A stretch of DNA of 64,000 nt, from NCBI GenBank assembly GCA_050948825.1, contig JBMNEO010000001.1, positions 11,673-75,672 of the forward strand, read 5' to 3'. The DNA comes from Dethiobacteria bacterium (GTDB lineage Bacteria > Bacillota > Dethiobacteria > DTU022 > UBA8154). Below, in pieces: positions 8,679 to 16,227 of this stretch; positions within the stretch are counted from its first letter, which is position 1; every line of letters starts with the position of its first letter. The position numbers and the translations under genes were made by a program. The notes beneath the pieces are model-generated. The model searched no databases. It was not told the DNA's origin and was given only the letters and a program-made list of their open reading frames with translations.

Positions 8679-10313
8679 TTATTTAACTCTTCCACCTGAC
8701 CGCCTGGCACCCCTGGCCCTGGAGAGCGCTTTTCTCCGCAACGCAAGGCCGGCCAGCACCAGCAGGAGCCCGGCACCGTATAGTATCGCGGGAGGAAACT
8801 CACCGGTTTTCGGCGGTTCCGGAGGGATCTCCTCTTCGATCAACTGGCTGCTATCCCGGGGCGGGCTTTCAGGGCCTTCCGGAGGGACAATAATCTCTGT
8901 TTCCTGGTAATTGCCGAATATTACAGTTTCCCTGTCCCCTTCTTCCAGCGCAACCACAACTTCTGCCGGCGTCGCAGCCTCCCAGCCTTCCACAATTTCC
9001 TCCGTCAAGGTGTATTCACCGGGATCCAGCTCCAGCGTTAGCGGCGTGGTGTACTCTTCCCCGTTGATAAACACTTTCCAACCCGCGATCTGCTCTTCAT
9101 TATCATCCCAGACTCCGTCGGCATCGGCATCGTAGAACTTGTAAACGGCCAGTGATGCTTTCCCCGACGGTGGCGGCGGCGGTGGCGGCGATGGTGTCTC
9201 GTAATTGCCAAACAAGACCGTCTCCTGAGCTCCCGCTACCAGTGTTACGGTGTACTCTGTCGGAGTGCTCGCCCTCCATCCTTCGCGGGCCTCTTCACGG
9301 ACAGTGTAAGTTCCCGGTTCCAACTCCAGGGTTTGCGGAGTGCTGTACTCCTCATCATTGATGTATATGATCCAGCCTTCAATCTCCTCTTCACCATCGT
9401 CCCATATACCGTCGGCGTCGGCATCGTAGAACTTGTAAACGGCCAGTGATGCCTCTTCATCCCCCGGCGGTGGCGGCGGTGGCGGCGGCGGCGGCGATGA
9501 TACCCGGTAATTGCCGAATAAGACCGTCTTACTCTCCTCTGCTGCCAGCGTCACGGTATACTCCGTTTCGGTGCTCGCCCTCCATTCTTCGCGGGATCCC
9601 TCCCTGACGGTGTAGATCCCCGGTGCAAACTTCAGGGTTTGCGGTGTGCTGTACTGCTCATCATTAATGTATATTGTCCAACCTGTAATCTCCGGCTCAC
9701 CAGCGTCCCAAATCCCGTTGCGGTTATTGTCCCGGAACTTGCGCACCTCCAGCCCGGCATCCTCTTCCTGGGCAGGATCCGCACGGAATTTAAACTGCAC
9801 GGTGACATCGGCTCCCTGGTACTCGTTTCCCGTCTCCGGGCCGGAGAGATGGACCGAGATATCCAGCTGCTGGCTTTCGCCCCCGTTAAGGACGCCCATA
9901 TCCCGCCCCTTATCGCCAAATTGTTCCCTGAACTCGGCAACCAGGCCCTTAAAGAGCTCTTCTTCATTACGTTTTACGGTCATCTCCAGCTTCTCGTCCA
10001 GGTGTTTCCCGGCCTGCCCCCTGTAACTGCCGGCGCTGCTGCCGATCTTCTGAATATCGAAAAAGTACTTAAACGCACCGCTCCCCGTATTGGAGACGGT
10101 CAGGTATGAACCTTTTGTATCCCCCGGGGCGAGGTTGCTTACATCGGTATATTCATCCGCTACGTTGACCTCCAACCCGATTTCACTACCTTCCACCACG
10201 AAGGCGAAGGTGCTTCCCGCACCCGACATGATCAGGAGCGTTCCGCTTACAAACAATACCAGCAAAATCATGGCTATTGGGCTGATCAATTTCAACTTCT
10301 TAACGTTACTCAT
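8679..10313 (-). CDS. Cell-surface fibre protein: TasA/camelysin-like N-domain, three ~95-aa Cna-B/SdrD-B-like Ca-binding repeats separated by poly-Pro linkers, and a C-terminal (S/P)PxTG sortase sorting signal
   Basis: N-terminal signal peptide, then ..GNEYQGADVTVQFKF (camelysin-type YQG motif). Three repeats read ..VYKFYDADADGIWDDGEEEIEGW.IYINDEEYSTPQTLELEPGTYTVRE..GW.A..P.EYTVTL..VLFGNY. The linkers are PPPPPPPPPP and PSPPPPPPPS. The C-terminus is EPPKTGEFPP, a hydrophobic segment, then RRKALSRARGARR. Confidence 0.75.
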   Translation of the reverse strand: MSNVKKLKLISPIAMILLVLFVSGTLLIMSGAGSTFAFVVEGSEIGLEVNVADEYTDVSNLAPGDTKGSYLTVSNTGSGAFKYFFDIQKIGSSAGSYRGQAGKHLDEKLEMTVKRNEEELFKGLVAEFREQFGDKGRDMGVLNGGESQQLDISVHLSGPETGNEYQGADVTVQFKFRADPAQEEDAGLEVRKFRDNNRNGIWDAGEPEITGWTIYINDEQYSTPQTLKFAPGIYTVREGSREEWRASTETEYTVTLAAEESKTVLFGNYRVSSPPPPPPPPPPGDEEASLAVYKFYDADADGIWDDGEEEIEGWIIYINDEEYSTPQTLELEPGTYTVREEAREGWRASTPTEYTVTLVAGAQETVLFGNYETPSPPPPPPPSGKASLAVYKFYDADADGVWDDNEEQIAGWKVFINGEEYTTPLTLELDPGEYTLTEEIVEGWEAATPAEVVVALEEGDRETVIFGNYQETEIIVPPEGPESPPRDSSQLIEEEIPPEPPKTGEFPPAILYGAGLLLVLAGLALRRKALSRARGARRSGGRVK

Positions 10314-10647
10314 TCTTTACACCCTCCTCCGCGGGGCTTTCCTGCAAGGCAGAATAATATCCGGCTTTGCAGGAAACTAGCTTTTTTCCTTTATCTTTTG
10401 GTATGCGCCGGTTTCTCCAGCAACATCCCCCAAACGGTCTATTAAAACTACTCTGCGAGTAAGCTTGTTTTCAATTTCACAGAATCCATTTCTCAGGGAT
10501 GGAGTTCCTTTTTTACTAAACACACTCATTTGCTATTGGCAGGCAGGGAGTTTCCCTCCCGGCTCAATCCCTGCCTGCCCAAAACGCAAAATGTTGCTTT
10601 GATAAGAATTGAATTTATTTAACTATTTTATTTCACCTGATCTAATT

Positions 10648-11652
10648 TCACCTTGGTCTAGTTGTACCTGTATATACTCCCTCAATGGTTCTTTTAACAC
10701 CATCAATAACTACCGTTACTTTATAATAATTTCCGGACTCTATTGGATATTTTGGAGCATTAGTAATAAATTCAGCATTATTTTTGGTTCCATCTTTGAA
10801 TTCGACAAGCGCTGTTGCTGGCTGCTTTAGAATATCATCAAATTCATCATTAATTTTCTGTTGTATATTCAAAGTAACATCCTTTTTACCAGTGAATTCT
10901 TTTTCATAAACATCGATTACTTTGTAAATATCAACAGTACATTTGTAAGTTATATCTTTAGAATCCGCATTTGTTAATTTCTCAAATCGCCAGTTGGATA
11001 TTTCAAAGCTTTTTATCCCTTCCGTTTCTCCTTCACCAAAGGGGCACTTGTATTCAGGATACACGGCGCCTTCCTGCCACTGCCTCGCCAGTGCGATAAA
11101 GGCAGCCTTCAACTGAGAACCCTGGTATTCGTTGCCACTTTCTTCGCCTGGGAATTTAGCATAAATCTTATAAGTATATTCCTCGCCGGGTGCAAGCTTC
11201 ACTTCATAATTGTAATCCAACGGCTTTGGTTTACCTGCCAGGGTCCCTTGAGTTAATACTATATCCGGTTGATACTCCCCTTGTCCGGTAACTTTGAACT
11301 CTATTGCTTCCGACAATGGGTTGGTTCCGTATCCTTCACGGTCGCCAAAATATACATCGTCACGTTCAATACCCAGAATATCATCCCAGCAAATGACCAC
11401 CTTATGCACAAGATTCTTGGTCCCTTTATTCTCTACTATGATTTTCCACTCTTTCTCATCTCCGGGGTTGAGGTTATCCACGTCAAGTTCTTCGTAGGAA
11501 ATATCTTCGTGAAGATCGATGAGTAAAGTCCCCGCACTAAAGGTAACATCATCAGAAACGTCACTGTCTGTGAACCAGGCCATGGTCGCGCCGCCGATGA
11601 CGGCTGCCGCCAGGGCAAAAACCAACACTCCGATTAACATTTTACTTCTCAT
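10648..11652 (-). CDS. TasA/camelysin-family secreted protein with a SipW-cognate signal peptide
   Basis: MRSKMLIGVLVFALAAAVIGGATMAWFTDSDVSDDVTFSAGTLLIDL..NPGDEKEW..VENKGTKN..GNEYQGSQLKAAF. Confidence 0.75.
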   Translation of the reverse strand: MRSKMLIGVLVFALAAAVIGGATMAWFTDSDVSDDVTFSAGTLLIDLHEDISYEELDVDNLNPGDEKEWKIIVENKGTKNLVHKVVICWDDILGIERDDVYFGDREGYGTNPLSEAIEFKVTGQGEYQPDIVLTQGTLAGKPKPLDYNYEVKLAPGEEYTYKIYAKFPGEESGNEYQGSQLKAAFIALARQWQEGAVYPEYKCPFGEGETEGIKSFEISNWRFEKLTNADSKDITYKCTVDIYKVIDVYEKEFTGKKDVTLNIQQKINDEFDDILKQPATALVEFKDGTKNNAEFITNAPKYPIESGNYYKVTVVIDGVKRTIEGVYTGTTRPR

Positions 11653-11898
11653 GATATTTTTACCTCTCTAGTATTTTTAGAGTCCCTAAAGGCCTTCAAG
11701 TATACTGTATTTCTTATAATTGCTTATCCCTATATTTCAGCTATGTATCATTAATTGCTGTTGCCGGCGGGGCGGCCCGTTTATACCGGCTCGCCCCGCA
11801 GCATCATTGCTTTTTCCCGCCGTTCTTTATACTATTCGGCACTTTAAAGACTCCGGTGCATTTACGCACTTATTATGATTAAAAGTAATACTTGTTCT

Positions 11899-13113
11899 TT
11901 ACTCCGAAGGACTCCAGCTCCAGACTTCCTGGCTTGCATCGTGGGTGGTCTGGATGGCTTCCACACCAGCGTTAACTGTAAAGGCCTGGCCCTTATAATC
12001 ATTATCCGTTCCTGGGCCGTCCAGATGTACCTGCACGCAGAGCAGAGCTTCCTGGCCCGGCTCAAGTATGTGTTTGTAATAGAAATAGCCGTTATTATAT
12101 TCCCAGTCGTTCCCCACACCGCCACACAGTAAGAAGGACACGTTCTCACTGCTGAGGTCTTCAAGCCATTCGCCACTTACGCTTACCCGCACGTACTGAT
12201 TTTTTGTTCCTTTATTGCGGACATAATAACGAAGTATATCGCTATCGCCCGGGTTCCAGTTGTTTTGATAATTGGATGCCAGGTCGCCGAACATCTTATC
12301 GCACTCATAGAACCTCTCTATATCTCCGCTTGATACATCTACCGCATACCATTCCAAGTCCCTAGTAACGGTCCCGTAGAGCTCCCCATCGGCACCAAAA
12401 GCCAGCTGCAGGTTGACGGCATCAGCACCGAGAACCTCCTCATATTCACCTGTAGCAACGTTATAAGTGAAAAATTCCCCGCCAGATGAACCCGTGCCCG
12501 CCGTACTGCCGTAGATAATCCCGTCTTTCATATCTAAAGCAAGATCGCCAAAGCCAAACTGCATCTCAGCTTCCCCGGTGAAATTCTCATGTGCCAGAAT
12601 TACATCATCTATTGTCCCGTCAGGGTTAAAACTGACTTTGTAGAGATCATCGGTGCCTTCCTTGACAAACCAGTAGTATCCCAGGCCAAAGACAGCGTTA
12701 TAAAGCTTTGTATTTTCTTCAAAGATCTTTCCAGCAGATTTATCGCCTACACCGTCGGTAAAATCGTAGAAGTAAAGGTTGCTGTTGCCGTCAGCATAGT
12801 AAAGCTTTTTGTTTTTCCGGTCAAAAGCCAGGGCATTTAACCTTTTCTTATTGGAATCGTATAGTTTGGTATAGGTTACTATATTGCTATCCTTATCCAC
12901 AAATATCTCGTATAGAGTCCCGGGTTGATTCTCAGGATCTTTATACTCCACACCGTAGATCATCGAGGTGTTGGCCTCGACGAGCAGGGTGCCGGCGGCA
13001 AATTCAACCGGCCCGGAAACATCGCTGTCGGTAAACCAGGCCATGGTGGCCCCGCCGACCAGGGCGGCGACAAGGGCGATGGAAAGTGCGACTAGCATTA
13101 CTTTTTTGCTCAT
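11899..13113 (-). CDS. TasA/camelysin-family secreted protein (longer paralogue) with a SipW-cognate signal peptide
   Basis: MSKKVMLVALSIALVAALVGGATMAWFTDSDVSGPVEFAAGTLLVE.. ..RNKGTKNQYVRV.. ..DNDYKGQAFTVNAGVEAIQ. Confidence 0.7.
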   Translation of the reverse strand: MSKKVMLVALSIALVAALVGGATMAWFTDSDVSGPVEFAAGTLLVEANTSMIYGVEYKDPENQPGTLYEIFVDKDSNIVTYTKLYDSNKKRLNALAFDRKNKKLYYADGNSNLYFYDFTDGVGDKSAGKIFEENTKLYNAVFGLGYYWFVKEGTDDLYKVSFNPDGTIDDVILAHENFTGEAEMQFGFGDLALDMKDGIIYGSTAGTGSSGGEFFTYNVATGEYEEVLGADAVNLQLAFGADGELYGTVTRDLEWYAVDVSSGDIERFYECDKMFGDLASNYQNNWNPGDSDILRYYVRNKGTKNQYVRVSVSGEWLEDLSSENVSFLLCGGVGNDWEYNNGYFYYKHILEPGQEALLCVQVHLDGPGTDNDYKGQAFTVNAGVEAIQTTHDASQEVWSWSPSE

Positions 13114-13458
13114 TTATCTATTCCCTCCTTTCCCAACGTTTTCCAGAAAGTCAGCTCAATACCTCCGCCAGATTCCTGTATATGCCTTCAATAAATATCA
13201 TACTGCTAATAACATACCGCTTTTGTTTTTAAGGGGTGTAACCGGCGCCCGCCGGGCACACCGTGTTATTACTGAATTGTTCATTGTCATTCTCTCAGTT
13301 ATCTTTTACCACCCGGAAGAGTGGGCGTTCGGTTCCTTAACCCGCCACAATGCCGGGATGCTGGTGCGACAAGGGAGAATCCTCCCAAAGGGCACTCGAA
13401 GTCTTACTGCTTCCGACTTTATCCGGCTGCCAGGCTGTCTGGCAGCCGGATAGCCATC

Positions 13459-14151
13459 CTAGCTTGATGCTTCTGTCTCTCCAAAGGGGCACACGAAGTC
13501 ATCCGGCAGCTCGGGTGCGGGAGCGTTGTTGGTGGTCTGCCCAGCTATTACGCCGAAGACGAGATTGATTTTGGAGCCCTGATAATCGTTTCCGGTCCCC
13601 TCCCCGGGCAACGTGACTTCAACATCGTAAGTTAAAGACTCGCCGGGTGCCAGTTCAGCTAAACCAAACTTCAGGGGTTTTTGATCTTTGGGAAGTATGT
13701 CATTATAGAAAACGCTTTCTCCAAGATTAAAATCATCCCAGGTTGCGCCTCTGACCGAAATTTTGAAGTTTAATACATCGGAGAGACCCTTGTTGCCGTA
13801 GCCTTTATCAGCAAGCATTTGTGTCATGCCTGGATATTCATTATCAAGAGCATCGTTTAATTGGCCTTTGATATCTTCCCAGCAAAGGTAACCCATGAAC
13901 TGAAGGTTCTTTGAGCCTTCATTGACAACTACGAATGAACCCTTTTCCACATCGCCGGGGTTCATGTTATTAATTTCTAAATCTTCTTCTCCTTCAAGGT
14001 TGAGCTCATCAATGGCAATCAGCAGTGTCCCCGCGCTAAAGGTTACCTCATCCGAAACATCGCTGTCCGTGAACCAGGCCATGGTCGCGCCGCCGATAAC
14101 GGCTGCCGCCAGGGCGATAACCAACAAACTTACCAACATTCTGCTTTTCAT
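13459..14151 (-). CDS. TasA/camelysin-family secreted protein with a SipW-cognate signal peptide. First gene downstream of a c-di-GMP riboswitch.
   Basis: MKSRMLVSLLVIALAAAVIGGATMAWFTDSDVSDEVTFSAGTLLIAIDE..NPGDVEKGSFVVVNEGSKNLQF..GNDYQGSKINLVFGVIAGQ. A GGAGGG RBS precedes it. Confidence 0.75.
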   Translation of the reverse strand: MKSRMLVSLLVIALAAAVIGGATMAWFTDSDVSDEVTFSAGTLLIAIDELNLEGEEDLEINNMNPGDVEKGSFVVVNEGSKNLQFMGYLCWEDIKGQLNDALDNEYPGMTQMLADKGYGNKGLSDVLNFKISVRGATWDDFNLGESVFYNDILPKDQKPLKFGLAELAPGESLTYDVEVTLPGEGTGNDYQGSKINLVFGVIAGQTTNNAPAPELPDDFVCPFGETEASS

Positions 14152-14186
14152 TTTTTTCCCTCCATTAATTTTTTTTGGATTTTTTT

Positions 14187-14280
14187 AAACCCCATCTGGC
14201 GGCCAGGCTGCCATTCTATGGAAAGGCCCTGTGGCTTTGCGCCCCTGCCTTTCGGCAGGTTTGCCCTTTTCAGAAACCTG
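14187..14280 (-). promoter_or_regulatory. c-di-GMP-I (GEMM) riboswitch aptamer in the 5' leader of the TasA-like gene 13459..14151
   Basis: The minus strand reads GAAAAGGGCAAACCUGCCGAAAGGCAGGGGCGCAAAGCCACAGGGCC..GCCUGGCCGCCAGAUGGGG. It has the GEMM hallmarks: GGCAAACC, a GAAA tetraloop hairpin and GGGGCGCAAAGCC. It is paralogous to the elements at 48060..48180 and 50862..50966. Confidence 0.75.
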
Positions 14281-14395
14281 CACACTCTTCGTTTAAACAA
14301 GTCCACATCTTTTCCACTGCGTTTAGCGGGCATCACCCCTTTCAGGTTGATATATTTTAACAGGCGCCGATACGGCTTTTCCCTGCTGATTGCAT

Positions 14396-15401
14396 TTACT
14401 GTTCACCCGGCCAGTTCGGCCATATTTCCCTTGCTGCCCCGTGGGTAGCCTGCACGGACTCGGCTTTCAAGCTGGACGGTCGTAAGCTCCCGTCCGCAGA
14501 CTCTTCGTCCAGGCAGCCTCTCAGCACCAGCGTTACCTCTTCGCCGCTTCTTACCGGTTCGATGTAGTAGAACCAGCCGTCAGGAGGTTCGCCTTCTTCC
14601 CAGGGAGAGCCTTCCGGCAACGTCCAGTTAATTGTACCTTCCACCGTAGTTTCGGAACCTTTGGTAAGGCAGGAATGAACCGCTATTAATCCCGGCGGGA
14701 TGCCCGATGGGAAGTCCGATAGATCAATCTCATGGGTGTAGCTCTCCGCCAGGTAATGGTATTTCTTATAATCGAAATGGCCCGGTATGGGGTTATTGCC
14801 TTGCCGGCTAAAGGAAAACCATCTACTGTATCTGCAAGATGAACGTGAGAGTCGATCATCTTCCAGCCGTCTTTTGTTTGGAGCTCGACGTAAAGTTTCC
14901 CGCTTTCCTGCCATACCCTGACCGTTCCGGCATCGATATTTTGACCTGCCAGCAATCTTACCGTCTTTTCTAAACCGTCATATTCAAAATACATCGCCCA
15001 GTTGCCCTGCCGGCCCTCATTAAAGGGGGGACCCTCTCCCCAGGCGGTTTCATCCTTTTCAGGTAAACCCGGTGAAGGTATCCTTCGGGGCAGGCGCGGA
15101 AAAAGGCTGTCTTGGTGCCGGTGTTTTTAAAGGTCCAGCTCAGCTCCTTGCATTCACCGGCCATCCACGTTAAGGCTTGGCCTTCATTGTCACTTTCGCT
15201 TTCCTCGCCGCCTTCGGGCTCCCCGTCCCCTTCGGTAATCACGGAAGCATCCGTTACTTCAAACTCCAGGGTCCCCACGACCATCTCCGCTGCGGAAGGA
15301 ATGGTATAGTCGTCGGTAAACCAGGCCATCGTTGTCCCGGCGACAACAAGAACGGTAACGAGGGAGATAACGATCAGGCTCCTTACGGCACTTATTTTCA
15401 T
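14396..15401 (-). pseudogene. TasA/camelysin-family gene split by at least two frameshifts into three overlapping ORFs
   Basis: The N-piece (14970..15401) has the TTMAWFTDDY signal peptide and ..TFKNTGTKTAFF... The C-piece (14396..14914) ends ..GWFYYIEPV..VQATHGAAREIWPNWPGEQ, which aligns with the C-terminus of 11899..13113 (..GYFYYKHILEP..IQTTHDASQEVWSWSPSE). The three pieces are in three different frames. Confidence 0.6.
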
Positions 15402-16201
15402 GGGTTCTTACATCCTTTCTCCTCGGAGAGAGGGCTGCTCTCCTTTTTTTTCTTTGCCGCTTTTTCCGCTTCCCACTCCGCAGCGTAGCGGAAAAGGTTG
15501 CGCAGTTCAAAGATGATGATCAGGACTCCCGGAATCATTACCAGGGAGATTATCCCGGTTTTGCTCTGGCCGAAATCCATCAGGTATCCGGCGTAAGGAA
15601 CGGCATGCTCGACCCTGCCGACGACCTTGTCCGCCATGACGGGGTTCTGATCGTTCACGTCGTTGGCGTCTCCGCGGGTGATGAAGCTGAGACCGCCGTC
15701 GCGGTTGACCTGCACCACGCGGTGGGTGGTCAGCGCCCCTTCACCGGAGGAGGGGCGGAAGGTGATGATATCACCCTCGACGATGTTCTCCGGGTTTTCA
15801 GGCTTGAGAAGGATCAGGCTGCCGGCGTCAAAGGCCGGGCTCATGCTGCCGCTGAGAACGATATACATCTGGTAGCCGAACACCCGGGGCGCGCCGCCGC
15901 CGGAGAGCCTGCTCTGCACCATGGAGTAGACCAGGACCACCATGATGATCAGGATACAGGCAAAAACGATATTCTCCACCAGGTTGAAGGCTTTTTTCAG
16001 GCCGCTCTGCCGCTTTTTGCCCTTTGCGACGGTTTCCGCCTCTGCTGTGCTGCTGCAGGCGGCTGTCTGCTCTTCCTGAAAATCCGTTTCCCGGGAGTGC
16101 GTTTCAGCAAGGTTTTTTTCTGCAGTTGTTGGAGAAATATTGCTGTTAAGTTCTTCTCCCATTTCCGGTTTGCCCCCTTTAAGGCTATATTGTTTCGGCA
16201 T
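15398..16201 (-). CDS. sipW: Signal peptidase I, archaeal/SipW type (S26B), with an acidic N-terminal extension and a C-terminal TM anchor
   Basis: ..VLSGSMSPAFDAGSLILLKPENPENIVEGDIITFRPSSGEGALTTHRVVQV..FITRGDANDVNDQNPV.. matches the SipW Ser/His core and the GDAN motif. It lies inside the TasA-like cluster. Confidence 0.8.
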   Translation of the reverse strand: MPKQYSLKGGKPEMGEELNSNISPTTAEKNLAETHSRETDFQEEQTAACSSTAEAETVAKGKKRQSGLKKAFNLVENIVFACILIIMVVLVYSMVQSRLSGGGAPRVFGYQMYIVLSGSMSPAFDAGSLILLKPENPENIVEGDIITFRPSSGEGALTTHRVVQVNRDGGLSFITRGDANDVNDQNPVMADKVVGRVEHAVPYAGYLMDFGQSKTGIISLVMIPGVLIIIFELRNLFRYAAEWEAEKAAKKKKESSPLSEEKGCKNP

Positions 16202-16227
16202 CCGTTATCGGCATCCATGAAACTAAT

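Noticed and set aside
8452-8910. 152-aa plus-strand ORF and the other plus/minus ORFs overlapping 8594..10380
   Set aside because: They overlap the well-supported TasA/Cna-B gene on the opposite strand or in other frames, with no motifs.
10390-10540. Leader of gene 10648..11652 checked for a fourth c-di-GMP riboswitch
   Set aside because: No GGCAAACC...CGCAAAGCC core or other GEMM signature is present.
12968-13453. 161-aa plus-strand ORF in the gap between TasA-like paralogues
   Set aside because: It mostly overlaps the 3' end of 11899..13113 antisense and the intergenic hairpin region. It has no RBS or conserved motif, so it is likely spurious.
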